A stretch of DNA of 60,028 bases from Gekko japonicus (GCF_001447785.1 NW_015166462.1:442116-502143); one strand, 5' to 3'. Positions 36,700 through 49,789 are shown, counted from the stretch's first letter. The notes: generated by a model from the letters alone, not told the origin. Numbers and translations: made by a program.

Positions 36700-37959
36700 G
36701 GGCAGCTTCTTCGTCCTTTGCAATGCTAGAGAAAGCTTCATCTGTTGAATTTCGACCCACTGGGCGGCTGTCAAAGGACTTGAGTCGATTTAAAAAAAAA
36801 TACATGGTCAGCGTAAAATTGCCCCCGCCGGGCTCAGTTTTGAGGATGCAGAAGGGTAGAATGGATGGACTGCACCACGCTAGACCGCAGCTGGTGGGTG
36901 GATTCATTCCAGCTCTGAATGGCACTTTGCTTTTAAAAAACAGACTTCATAGGAGGAGAAGGCAAGCTCAGCGAGTAGGAGGATCCCACTCGGCCCTCCT
37001 CTTGGTTGCTGCTGTGCTGGTTCTCTGTTTACAAGCAATGTTTAACATGGGGGAGCATTCCAAAATTCCTGCAGTGATACTGGCTTTGTCACTAGTTCCT
37101 TCTCCTGCACTTGTGAATCTGGAATTCTCAGTGGCAGGTAGAGCGTTGCACTTCATGCTGCATTTTTATGCTGCATTTTTATTTATTTCTTGATATATTT
37201 ATTCCCCGTTTCTCTCCCCAGTGGGAACCATAGCAACTTGCAAGCATGGTTCTCTTCCACTCTGTGTTTTCAACAACAGCCCTGCAAGGTCAGTTAGGCT
37301 GAGAGAGTGTCTGACTCCACCAAACCAGCTTCGATGGCAGAGTGGGAATTTGAACCCGGGTCTCCCAAATCCTAGTCCACCACTTTAACCACAACACCAC
37401 CATTTTTGGGATCATGTTTTTCGGTAACACTTCTTTACATTTAAAAAAAGATGTCCCTGAAAATAGCATTAGCAGACAGCAGGCTGAACTACAATCTCTT
37501 TTGATGATTTTTTTAAAAACTTGCAAGGAATGTTTCTACATTCTACATTAGGGAACATTATAAAATAATATACCTCCCCTGCAGTCTGAAGTGGCACAGT
37601 CCTCTACCACTGCATTTTACTATATGTGCAGACCGAGATTTAACTGTGATGGACAGACAACATTTGGTAGGGGAAGCAAAAACCAGTACCTGCCATTAAC
37701 AATGATCATATGTGGTGTGAGATAAGGAACCATGCAGGTATGTGGAAGCATGTGCTGGGTAGTTTCTTCATCCTTTGCAATGCTAGAGAAAGCTTCATCT
37801 GTTGAATTTCGACCCACTGGGCGGCTGTCAAAGGACTTGAGTCGATTTTTAAAAAATACATGGTCAGCGTAAAATTGCCTCCGCCAGGCTCAGTTCTGAG
37901 GATGCAGAAGGGTAGAATGGATGGACTGCACCACGCTAGACCACAGCTGGTGGGTGGAT
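36700..37959 (+). repeat. ~204-bp direct duplication (36700-36903 and 37757-37959)
   Basis: The two copies align directly, about 95% identical by eye. Confidence 0.9.
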
Positions 37960-38507
37960 GAGCAGGCTGATTCAGTTCTTTCATCTGCTGTTAGGCGGCC
38001 TCAGTTTCCCATCTGCAATTTGGGAATGGTTGCAAGGACAACCACAAAAGTGTGTTGTGAAGCACTTTGAACATTGAAAACACTACCTAAATGCTAATAA
38101 ATTGCCAGCTACTCATCCTCAGAGAATTCCTGTGATTTTAAGAGCTGTCTTAAAGTTAGGTTGCAGGTTGGAAAGGTAGGAATGTCTTAACAAATATTAA
38201 AAAATTAAGAGAAGACCATTTTCATCCACTTCACTTTTTCACATCACAACACACCCACTTTCTTCCCTATGAACCCCTGAGAACCTTAAGATGAGTTAGT
38301 CAGAACCTGCTAGTAAAAACCTTATGGATGCTATCTTGGCAGGAACTAATAGCAGGGCCTTTTCAGTGATTGCTCCAGTATTGTGGAATGCCTTCCTAAG
38401 GGAACCTCACTTAGCTTATCTCATGTTTATTGGTTTTATTTATGATGTTTATGTTTCTCCATTTAAATGGTTTTCTGGATTTTACTGCTGTTTCATTTAC
38501 CTTAATC

Positions 38508-40310
38508 AGGTTTGCAAATGATACTAATCTGGGTGGAGTCATTAATACCTTGGGAGATAGGAATACAATGCAGATGGATTTTGATGGGATGGAGGATTGG
38601 GCCCAGGAAAACAAAATTAATTTTAATAGAGACATGGGAAAAGTGTTGCACTTGTGTAATAAAAACCAGTTATATAAATATTGGATCGGTGAAACCTGGC
38701 TGTGGAAAAGAATTGGAGGTTCCAATGGACCATAAACTTAAAACAAGCAAACAGTGTGATGTGGTAGTAAAAAAGGATAATGTGATTTTAGAGTGCTTTA
38801 GCAGAAGTGTAGTGTTGGGGTCAGGTGAAGTACTGGTGCCACTGTACACTGCCTGGGTTAGGCCTTGCATAGAGTATTGTGCTCAGTTTGGGGTACCACA
38901 GTTTACAAAGGATGTGGATAAGCTGCAATGACTCCAGCATAGGGCACTGAAGCTGGTGAGGTGTTTGGAGACCATGTCCAATGAGAAGAGGCTGAAGGAG
39001 TTGGGAATCTCCACATTGGAGAAGAGACACTTCTGACTGAGGTGATAGGGTTGCCAGTTGCCACCTTCCAGTACATAAAGGGCTGCTGTCAGAGACCACA
39101 TGGTCAAAACCCCATGGTTTTTAAAAAGATTTAAAAAGTTTATTATAGGTTCAATTAGGAAAGTTTATTAAATAGCCAATACAACAAAGTTTGAGTCCAA
39201 TGGCACCTTTAAGACCAACACAGTTTTATTCAAGATATGAGCTTTCGTGTGCATGCACAGATGCATTCACACAAAATCTCATACCTTGAACAAAACTTTG
39301 TTGGTTTTAAAGGTACCATTGGACTCAAACTTCGTTCTACTCAGGGCTTTTTTTTCTGGGGGAATGCGCCAGAAAAGAGTTCTGGAACCTTTTTGACAAA
39401 ATTCTTTTAAAAATGTTTAAAAGTTCATTAGTTTTCGGTATATAGATTGAAAACTTCATTTTCCTGTTGAGTGTTCTGGCACTTCTTTTTTTTTTAAAGC
39501 CCTGGTTCTACTGCTTCAGCACGGCTACCCACTTGGAAATAGGCAATACGTTACTCTAAAACCATACAGCAAGAAAGACTAGCTCAATTGTCCAGCACTT
39601 TCAGAGCGTGCATTAGACGGCACAAACCTTAAGTCCCAAAGTCACAGGCCAAAGCTCTGAAATTATCTACGCTGCTCCCAATTGCGATTCAAGCAAAACA
39701 TAGTTTAGGCCTTCAGTCCATCAGGGTCTCAGCTAGTCCTCTCTTCCTTTGGGCCTTAGACAAATCATAGTTTTTGGCCCAATGACATCAGGTGAGGGTG
39801 ACATCCAATCAGGACGCACTCTCCGAAGAAACCTCTAGAAGATTACCTCATAACACAGGCAGCAGGTTCTCATGAGAAGCTAATCACACCACCTCCATCT
39901 CCGGCATTGAAGGTGATAACTGTACAGGCCGAGAGACCAATTAGTAACACCTGCAGGATGAACAAGGCCCCCCCTGTTACTGTTCACATTAGCCATTGAG
40001 AGGAGGCCAAGGGGCACATTGCCTCACAGCTGCCATGATTGGGGTGGACATGTTCTCAGTTGTGTTGGATGACGAGGCTCAGACCAATGGATACAAACCA
40101 CAGCAAAGAAAGGTTTGATTAAGTTGGAGGAAGAATTCCCTGAATGTTCGACATGGGAACAGTCTCCCCAGTGAGGTGGTGGATTCTTTGTTGTTGGAGG
40201 TTTTTAAGTATTCGTTGGAGTCCTACTTGCCAGAGATATTATAGCTGTAGCACCTGCATTGGTAGGGGGTTGGACTAGAGGACCCCCGGCAGTCCCTTCC
40301 AACTTTGAAG
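38508..40310 (+). mobile_element. Old CR1 LINE fragment split by a solo LTR
   Basis: FANDTNLGG, VLVPLYTAWVRPCIEYCAQFG, 3' cccttccaact end with a 40-bp tandem duplication. Confidence 0.8.
39087..40028 (-). mobile_element. Solo LTR containing a Penelope-type hairpin and a hAT MITE (39342-39504, TSD gttctact)
   Basis: tg...ca ends, 5-bp TSD gctgc (39082-39086, 40029-40033), minus-strand AATAAA. Confidence 0.7.
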
Positions 40311-40771
40311 TTAACTAGAGGACCCCGGCAGTCCCTTCCAACTTTGAAGTTAAATAAATAAATAAATAAATTAATTAAACCCTGAAAACCTGTCATGAAG
40401 CAACAGTTGAAAGGCTATCTCCTATCAATAAACAAACTGGAGAAGCAGCAACTGGCAAATTTTTTCCATTTATGCAGCAGGTCTTCACGGCACAGGAGTG
40501 AAGCTGGCAGTCCCATGGCTGCTGCTCCCATTTGCATCAAGGCTGTGTGTGTTCCCCTTTAAAACAGTATTTCCCTACCCTTTGCTATGAGCCTTGTGAC
40601 CTCTGTGCAGATCCCTGAGTTGACAAGCCTATTTTTGCCTTTGGAAACAAGGCTAAGCTATCTCCACCCCGAATGCTTTTTTCGTGGTGCAAGATTCAAG
40701 TCCAGTAGCACATTAGAGACCAAGGAGATTTCCAGGAGATAAGCTTGGGAGACTCAAAGCTCTCTTCAACA

Positions 40772-41898
40772 GGTGATGGTGGTGGAAAGTGCCATCAAAT
40801 CACAGCCAGTTTATAGTGACCTGCTGGGGCTTTCAAAGCAACCGACACTTGGAGGTGGGTTGCTTTTGCCTGCCTCTGCATCTATCATAAATTTGCTCTC
40901 TATTTCTGAGCACTGTAGGCACCCTGAATCAGGACCTCAATTTATGCTGGGGACTCAACGTTAATTAGGTAGCGTGCTCACATATCCTGAGTCCCCTTTG
41001 TTTCCCCAGGCTAACGGGCTCAGCTTAGGAGAGACGAGGAGGACACATGAATAGTCTCTACTGCCCAGAGATTCATTCAGACTCCCGGCTCATAAAACAT
41101 AAAGGTTTATTTGGAATGATTAAAACAAATAGGGGGAGTTTACAAAATAAAATAGACAATAGACAAAACCTAACCCTAACTATGCTAGCTACTCTAAACA
41201 AATGGTTTGTTGTTCCTTTCTCCCTGGAACTCCACCTCCGTTTTGGCTTGACTACTTGCTTAAGGGTCTGCTTACAACTTGAGCCGTACCTCCCAGGGCT
41301 GGTTGCTATTAGCCTATTCCAACAGTCCTGGAGGCTTCCTCTGGTCCCTCAGCACAGCCAAGGCTCACTTGCTTGCAGACACTTGTGGTTTTCTAAGCAG
41401 CCCCTGCACCCGGACAATACCTCACGGTGAGCAGTTCAGGAAGATTCTCACCGTGGCTCTTGGCTTCTTCAAGGCCACGTGCAGCATTCCTGGCATTCGT
41501 CAAGTTGTCGCCTTCAGTCTCCTTGCTCCCTCAGAAGGCGTAGACGTGTGTATTCAGGCAAGTTCATGAGTTTTCATTCATTCCTCCATCATGAATAATT
41601 CTGCCTCTAGGACTGGATCTTTATTCTTTGATTCCCCAATCCCCGTCCTAGACTAATTAGGGATTGCTGCCTTAACCCAGCTGTTTCCCATTTACTTAGA
41701 TTACAGAACGTACTGATTCTGACTACACTTACAGGCCTTCTATCTGAGATGATTCTGCAAGTCAGTATCTCTGGCATGACAGCATCGTAACCCCGGACTT
41801 CCTTGGTGGTCTCCCATACAAGAACTAACTAGGGCTGCTCCTGCTTAACTTCTGAGATCTGACAAGATTGGGCTCACCTGGACCATCCAGGTCAGGGA
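40772..41898 (-). mobile_element. 5S-derived SINE split by a solo LTR
   Basis: Tail at 40772-40882 and 5S-like head at 41787-41898. Confidence 0.7.
40883..41781 (-). mobile_element. Solo LTR, ~900 bp
   Basis: tatcat...atgaca ends (left TG mutated), 5-bp TSD gcatc, aaggtttatt motif shared with the 23505 LTR. Confidence 0.7.
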
Positions 41899-42959
41899 CT
41901 TCGTCAGGTACCTTTGTGCTTGTCTTTTGCTACCTTCAGATGGAGGGAAGTGCCTATGAGTTGGCATTTGGTGCCCATGCATGTTTCATGCAAGTTTCCT
42001 AGACCTTTCCCTCTAAGATGTAGTGTTGCCAGATCCAGGTTGGAAAACTCCTGGAGATTTGAGAATGGAGCCTAGGGAGGACAGGGACCTCAGTGGGGTA
42101 CAATGCCATAGAGCAGGGGTGTCAGACATAAGGCCCAGGGGGCGGAACCAGCCCTTCTAGGGTTCTTATCTGGCCTGCGAGCAACTGGTGTGATGGAGGG
42201 AACAGGAGGCTGCTCGGTAGGGGGAGTGGGTGGAGCTATTCTGATTTCCACACAATGAAACAGCCTTGTCTGCAGCAGTCAAGCAGAACCCCTTCACTTC
42301 AGGGACAGCCTCACTGGTAAGTTGGGAGCCACTGCAGCCGCATTCTTGCTAGCTCAGGGTTCCAAGGTGAGACTGAACGCCTCTCTGCTCAGACTGCAGC
42401 CCCGGGAATGCTGTCCCAGATGCGGGGGGGGCAGACAATCCTCTGCTGGGGCCTGCTGGCAGCCAGCACCACTGCCTATGTGGAGGCTTCTTTGGCCCAT
42501 GGGGGGTGTTCTTTGGCAGTTTTTTCCACATGTTGGAGGCCTAGTCCTGCCACCAAGCACATGACTCGGTGGTTGGGCCTCCCTTCTCCATGGAACACCA
42601 GGTAGCCGTCAGCCATAGGCGGCTGCCACCTCGTGGGAGGGTGGTGCTGGAGTTCTCCTTCAGTGGGGGAGGTCCAAGGAAGTCCAGGGTTGCTACTCGG
42701 AGGCAATGGAAAACCACCAAGTGTCTGTTGCTCTGAAAACCCCAAGGGGTCGTGGCCCCTCTCGCTCCAGGCAGGGCTATGCAAATTTGTGTAGACTGTA
42801 CTGGCTCAGAACGAGTTGACCCTCCAGTTTCGATAGCCCTGCTACTCCAGCAGGATGCTTGAGCCTAGCTCCACTTTCTTGGAGACTCTCGCCTTATTGG
42901 TATAGAAGACAGAAATTCTTGGGGGGAAAGGCCTCATCGCCAGTCTTTTCCCACTCCCC

Positions 42960-44910
42960 GATATAGTTTATTCAGTTTTCAAAATTCCAATAACAAGTAA
43001 TAACAATTGTTTACAAGATAAGTACACATAAACTTAACAGCATAAAAGAGAGCATTTTTCATAAGCTTAGTGTTGCCATCAACATTTACCACAAATGAAG
43101 AGTGTCTCTGGCATTGTTCCTTGAGAAACTAGAGGGGATAAGATCGGTAGCCATATGATTGTAAATTCACTATATTCGCCATTAGATTTTGTTGGATTCA
43201 TTATGTCAGATATTTTTTCCATTATGTATAAGTTCCATAACTTTTTGTACCATAGGTTTAGGGATGGTTTAATTTCTGACTTCCATTTTGAAGCTATGGT
43301 TGTTTTGGCTGCGAATAACAATAAAGCAATTCTTTTTCTTTGTATAGTGGATAAAGCAGTTTCATGTCTAAGGTTCAAGAGTATAGATTCTGTGTTCTTT
43401 TTTATAGTGTGACCAGATATACACTTAATATTTTTCTCTAATATTTCACCCCAAAAGGGTGCTACGATATCCAACAGTGGATGTGCCATTCTCTTTGCAA
43501 TTCCTCCAGCAGAGGGAGTTTGAGTTGTGTGTGATATGAGATAACTGTTACACAGGGGTCAAGTACCATCTAGTCATAATTTTAAGATTTTGCCATTTCA
43601 GAGAGAGTATACAGGATTTGTTTTTGTAGGAATTCCAAATGTCTAACCATCTGTCTTCATTAAGATCTGTTGTGCATGTTTTTTGCCAATATTTCTGGTA
43701 TGATAATATTGTGTTTTCTTGAAAGGATGTGAGAATGGAGTATATTTTAGCTATTACTCCCCTTTTACTTTCGTCGGTGTTCCGAATAAGTGTTTCAAAA
43801 GGAGTTAAGGACTGGCGTAATATTGCTTTAAGGTTGATTTGTGAGCAGAGGTGATAGATTTGAAGATATTGGTACCATGGTATCCTCAGGTTCAATTTAT
43901 GCTCCATTGTGTTCTTCTCCATAATTTCTTTAAAATTTGTGTTTTGTTTCTTTGTGCTTTGTTTCTGCCTGCCCGACCGATCCGCCACTGAAAGACCGCC
44001 AGAAAGGAGCCAGAAGCCGAGTGACGCCGAAGTCGACATAGCCGACCTGGGAGAAAAACCCCTCCACTGGGTGCCGGTAGGGATTGTCCCCACACCTAAT
44101 AATTGTGGCCATAGGTTAGGGATAAATGAGTAACTGTAGCCGCTCAGAGACCCCTTAGGGGGTTAGAGCGGGGTAGTAAGCTGAAATAAATACATAAAAT
44201 ACAATGTTTATCCAGTCTGGAGAGTTTTATAATTTAAGCATAGTGATTATTTTGGCTAGGTGCAGGGGTCATTTCCTGCAGGAGCGCACAGGAGCGGAGC
44301 TCCGGCAGTAACGAGCCCAGGGGGCGGGCACATGCAACAAGCCCCACCCCCTGCTCCTAGCAGCCCTCGGTCAGAGCAAGAAGCAGCCAGGTAAGCTGCA
44401 GAGCACCCCCCCCCCGGCCCCTCGGTCCAAAACAGTCCAGCGGCACCTTTAAGACCAAGTTTTATTCAGGTACNNNNNNNNNNNNNNNNGCACGTTCCCC
44501 CCCCCCCCAATAGCTAACAATCCAAAACAGTCCAGTGGAGCCTGAGCGGTGGGTGTTGCCTTCTGACACACTTCCTGTGATGTCAGGGTGTGTGGCATAT
44601 GCTAATGAGTTATGCTAATGAGCTCCTGCACCTCTTCTTCTACGAAATGACCCCTGGCTAGGTGGGTAGCATAGTAATAATTACTGAAGTTGGGGAATGT
44701 CATTCCACCTCTCATGTCTGTTCTATAGAGTACGTATGCCTGTATTCTGTGCCTTTTTTGTGCCCACAAGAAATTATTTAATGGTTTTTGCCATTCTTTT
44801 AATTTTGAGTGTGAAATTTCAACTTGGATGGTTCTAAAAAGAAATATAAATTTTGGGAGTATGAAAGATTTCAAGTTGAATCTGTCCACCCATGTCAGAT
44901 AGGGTTTGTC
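42960..44910 (-). mobile_element. L1/Tx1-clade LINE ORF2 C-terminal half and 3' end (degenerate)
   Basis: FILPKFIFLF...FLWAQKRHRI...RGGMTFPNFSNYYYA; WYQYLQI; KIMTRWYLTP; AAKTTIASKWKS; AATAAA at 42967-42972. Contains an L2-like insert (~43925-44195) and a MITE. Confidence 0.8.
44263..44656 (+). mobile_element. hAT MITE (OCT/KLF family), TSD gctaggtg
   Basis: TIRs caggggtcatttc / gaaatgacccctg and a perfect 8-bp TSD. Includes a 16-N gap. Confidence 0.8.
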
Positions 44911-45377
44911 CAGGCTCAAAAGGTAGTAGCTTTTAAATGCGCGTTTTCGGGCCGAAGGGCCAGATCGGGACGGGTGCGTGACGCTTCCCAGATGTTGCAA
45001 GGAACCTGGAATATGGCAATCATTATATCTGGATGCCGTAAGAAGGCCGCTATTGTTTACTGTTTACTGTACTGCTAGCACTTTGCACTTTGTTGTGTTT
45101 TTAAATGTTTGATCTGTTTTAATATTTGTACTATGTATTTTTATATATGACTGTAAGCCACCCTGAGCCTGCCTTTGCAGGGAGGGCGGGATATAAATTA
45201 AATTAAATAAATAAATTCTTAGCCAACTGGCTAGCAACAATATTCTGAAGCTGGATATGGGAGAGGCACCAACAATAATCAAGGCCTACCATCTGGGAGC
45301 CCCTCAGAACTCTAATAGGAAGGACCCCAGAGATATCATTTTCACCTTACTGGATTATAGACTGAGAAAAAGAATAC

Positions 45378-45769
45378 CGGAGGGGTATTTTTATTTTTTC
45401 AATAAGACTACAAACTACAAAGAAAAATATAGGAGGGGGAACTACAACTATGGATAAAGAAAAGATACCCACACTAACTAAAAACCCAAGAGTGGGAGAC
45501 CCCCTTTATGTTAAACTTAATGTTAGTATTAAAAGAGTAAGTAAAACAATATACTTGTAGAGTTCTTGTTTTTCACATTGTTCTGTATTAGTAAATTAGT
45601 TATTATGAGAGAACTTTCTGAGCATCTTCTTTATTTCAAAGAGCTATTTATCAGAGTCCTTCTGCCCTTACTTCAGCTTTCTGTCTCTAAAATCATATAC
45701 AGTTTTCATTGCTCCCGCACCCGTTTCTGCAGCAGAGTCCTCATCCGTTCCCGAGGCAGCTGAGTCACT
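45378..45769 (-). mobile_element. Short L1-mobilised insertion inside L1 ORF1
   Basis: 12-bp TSD gaaaaagaatac; minus-strand AATAAA near the left end. Confidence 0.6.
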
Positions 45770-47361
45770 TGAAAAAGAATACTGTCTGAGGCAAAACAGA
45801 CAGGAACTCTGCCCTACAAAGATATTAAAATTGAGGTTTACCAAGATCTTCCGTCAAAAGCCATCAACAGGAGGCATGACCTGAAGCCAATAGCAACCCA
45901 GCTAAAAGTAGCAAACCAGAGCTACAAGTGGGCTGGCCCAGCCACTCTTCAGATTTTCCACGATGGAAAAAAAATCCAGGTGCAGGACTATGGGACAGGT
46001 CTGCAAATGCTGGAACAACTGGAACTATCTAAACCACCAGATGCCATCAAAAAATGCTTCAAGAGTTAATGATAGTATAAATGAAATCTTAGGGTTAGGA
46101 GGAGGGAAGAACTTTAGGAAAGTTATTTAAACACACTTTAGTATTGGTAAACTGAGTAGAGGGTGGTAGAAGTTTCTACCCTCCTGTGGGAAACAGGAGC
46201 CCTATAAGCGGTTTTCTCGGTCATTTTTCTTTTTGTTAGCTTCACATCAGTTTAAATAGATAAGTAGATTAGTGGATATATTAATAAGTGTTAGGGTTAG
46301 TTTGGGGGGAGGGGTTAAAGTTAGAGTTAAGTAATTATAGGATAAGTAAGATAGACCAGAACCACAACTCATATATATCTAGATAAAACCACTACAGTAG
46401 TTGATAGGATAATAACTTGTACGCGAGTGCAAATCACTTGTAGCAATAGTTACAAGGGACAAAGTAATTTAAGATAAAGGTCATAGGTAGACAATGTAAT
46501 TCATATATCAGGAAATTGATTCTACATTACTTTGTGGGACAAAATTTGGTTAACTACTAGGAGTTGCTCATTGTAAGACCTTTAAAAGCCGGTAAAGATT
46601 TATACTTTTCAGTGTTGTATTAATACAAGAGTTTGAAAGTTTTGCATTACAATACAGTTCCAGCAACAATCTTGATAACAAACCTGAGATATGAACCACA
46701 ACATAAAAATATTTTCGCTTAACACTAGAGGCTTGAACAACGTGGTGAAATGAAAAAGAGTATATACAAACTTAATGAAACTACACCCAGATATCTTCTT
46801 ATTGCAAGAGACGCATTTAAAAGCACCAACCAAACAAAATTTTAAAAACAATTGGTTTAACCAACAATTCCTTGCTTATAGCCCCTCTAAATACAGAGGC
46901 ATAGCCATTCTCTTTTCAAAAAATGTACGCTTCAACTCTTACCAATTTATTCACAGAGCACCATTTAATAGATATTTGGAGGAAAAATCACCCAACAGAT
47001 AAAGATTACACATTTTACTCATCCAGACATCATATCCACACATGCATAGATTACTTGTTAGTATCACAAGGTATCCAGCAAAGAACACTCTCTACACAAA
47101 TAGGATATAAATTATGGTCCGACCATGCATGGGTTGACCGCATAATCTCTAAAGAAGAAGAAACAAAAAGTAAACCACAATGGATTTTAAATAAAAGTGT
47201 ATTACTGAACCCTACACTGCAGAAATAGAAACTCAGATACAGCACTATTTTCAGGAAAATATAAATGCCGAGACTGCTCCCACAATTCTCTGGGATGCCT
47301 TCAAACCAGTTTTGAGGGATCATCTTATTTCCAAAACCGCATACATGACTAGACACAAACA

Positions 47362-47680
47362 AAAGGTAAAGGTAAAGGTTCCCTTGCTCGAAAGCCAGTC
47401 GAATCCGACTCTAGGGTTGCGGTGCTCATCTCCATTTCAAAGCCGAAGAGCCAGCGCTGTCCGAAGCCATTTCCGTGGTCATGTGGCCGGCATGACTAAA
47501 TACCAAGGCGCACGGAACACTGTTACCTTCCCACCGAAGTGGTACCTATTTATCTACTTGCAATTTCTTGCTTTCGAACTGCTAGGTTGGCAGGAGCTGG
47601 AACTAGAGACGGGAGCTCAACTCGGGTCTTGAACTGCTGAACTACCGACCTTCCACAGCCTGCAGTTCAGCGTCTTAACC
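47362..47680 (-). mobile_element. Sauria SINE
   Basis: (aaaggt)n tail; reverse complement of the 16060 copy. Confidence 0.85.
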
Positions 47681-48285
47681 AGACGAATTCTTCTGAATGC
47701 CATACGGGACCTAGAAAATAAACACAAGCAAATTGGTAGTAAAAAAGTGTACAAAAATTGCTGGCAGCAAGATGCAAATTAGAATTATTTGTCGTTTCAC
47801 GCATACAAAAAAATATTATTTTCCTAAGGCAGAAATTATGGCACAATTCCTCAAGAGCACTGAAAATCTTAGCAAATAGAGTCAAATCCAAACACATGGA
47901 AAGAACAATCTACACAATTAAAGACAAGAAAGGTAGAATACAAACCACAAATAAAGCTAGAACACAAACATTCTGGGAGTATTATAAAAACCTATACTCT
48001 TTGAATAAAACACCCATAAATATCCTTACTGAACACTTCCAGAAACAACCTATGATAAAGATAAGATCTGAACACAAAGAATTTCTGGAGAAGCCCATCA
48101 CTAAACAGGAAGTTTTGGATTCTATCAAATCATTAAAAATAAACAAATCACCAGGACCAGATGGATACACAAACAAATTCTATAAAGTCTTTGCTCCCCT
48201 ATTGTCAGAACTGCTAGCTAGGGCATGCAACCATATATTAAACTAGGGTTGCAAAAAAAACAACCCTAGTCTACCTTTTGAGCCT

Positions 48286-48634
48286 GGAGCTGCGGTGGCT
48301 CAAGTGGTTAAGACGCTGAACTGCAGGCTGTGGAAGGTCGGTAGTTCAGCAGTTTGAGACCCGAGTGTGCCGCATGACGGAGTGAGCTTCCGTCTCTAGT
48401 TCCAGCTCCTGCCAACCTAGCAGTTCGAAAGCAAGAAATTGCAAGTAGATAAATAGGTACCACTTCAGTGGGAAGGTAACAGCGTTCCGTGCGCCTTGGT
48501 GTTTAGTCATGCCGGCCACATGACCACGGAAACGTCTTTGGACAGCGCTGGCTCTTCGGCTTTGAAACGGAGATGAGCACCGCAACCCTAGAGTCGGATT
48601 CAACTGGCTTTCAAGCACGGGAACCTTTACCTTT
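48286..48634 (+). mobile_element. Sauria SINE, full length
   Basis: ggagctgcggtggctcaagtgg head; acctttaccttt tail. Confidence 0.85.
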
Positions 48635-49093
48635 TTATGCTCCACTGTTAGCTGTTGTGTGTTCTTTGGTTGTTCCTGTTACTTCAATAAAGCTTATTCA
48701 CTGTTACTTCCGACACGGCGTTGAGTTCCATACTTAACACCCCCTGCCTGCTCTTTTCAGGGTCCCGCTTCGCCCTCCAGCCATGCCCCCCTCCATCACA
48801 CACACACCCTGCATCACTTTTTGAAAATGAAACTGAACTAGGTTTCGTTTCCATCTCAGAAAAGGGAGATGCAAACCAAAGATCCGGGGCTGCCTCTCTC
48901 CTGCTACTGATGAAGTCACTCACCAGACTTTTAAGTTCTGTTTTGTTTGTTCAATACTGAATAAGGGGAGAGCTAATTTTTCCAGGAGTTCCTTGACCTA
49001 AGGCAGGGGAGCCATTGCCCAGATTTCTAATGTTCCTACCCAGGCAGCCAGCAATGCTGACCACTAGCTGCTGGGAGAGATATGCTTTTAGAA

Positions 49094-49739
49094 CAGGGGT
49101 GGCCAAACCTGCCTAACGTAAGAGCCACAGAATAAACGTCAGATGTTTGAGAGCCACAAGCAATGTTCCCTCTAAGTTGGGGAGGCTTGTGAGCAAAAAT
49201 TCTACTTTGTGAGCTACCGGCATGAAAGTTGTGAGCCAGCAATTTGGCTACAGCATAAATTAGTATGCTCTGGAGCCTTCCTTCCTGAGCTGAGACAAAA
49301 ATGTGTGAGCTGGAGGCTAAAAAACTGTGAGCTAGCTCACACTAACTCAGCTTAGAGGGAACACTGGCCACAAGACACGAACAAATATTACCCACACGTT
49401 TTATATGCACATTTACTTTTTATTAACATTAAATGAGCCTGCCAAAAACAAAAGGGGTAAAAACAGTTATTGATAATCATATTTATTTGCCTTCTCCAAG
49501 CCAGCTGGGTGTTTTTTTTTTTGTTTTTTTTTTGAGAATGCACTTAAAGCAGCTTTCTTTTTCTGCTCCCCCCCACACACACCTCAAGCCTAACCAGGGA
49601 GGGGAACACCGGCTGGGGAAGGGCAGACTGATCAGGGAGGCATGTCTCCCCTTCGCTTCCCTAACTGCCCTGCTGGGAGCCGCACAATATGTGTGAAACA
49701 GCCGCACCTGGCTCCTGAGCCACAGTTTGGCCACCCCTG
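49094..49739. mobile_element. hAT MITE with a nested second MITE (49161-49366, TSD gccacaag)
   Basis: caggggtggccaaac / gtttggccacccctg TIRs; flanks ttttagaa/ttttcgaa. Confidence 0.8.
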
Positions 49740-49789
49740 TTTTCGAATAACATCTGGGAAAAAAGACATGCCAATCGGGCCTTGGGCTC

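Larger units (their letters stand above)
45216..48245 (+). mobile_element. L1-clade LINE 5' half: ORF1 C-terminus, spacer, ORF2 endonuclease to start of RT (degenerate)
   Basis: ORF1-like KAYHLG...PRDIIF...VYQDLP. ORF2 from ATG 46691: SLNTRGLN, FLLQETH, IDIWR..HP...YTFYS, SDH, KSPGPDGY. Contains stops and frameshifts. Confidence 0.85.

Noticed and set aside
35919-37193. 216-aa and 174-aa ORFs
   Set aside because: CpG-island and promoter-flank sequence with no domain signature.
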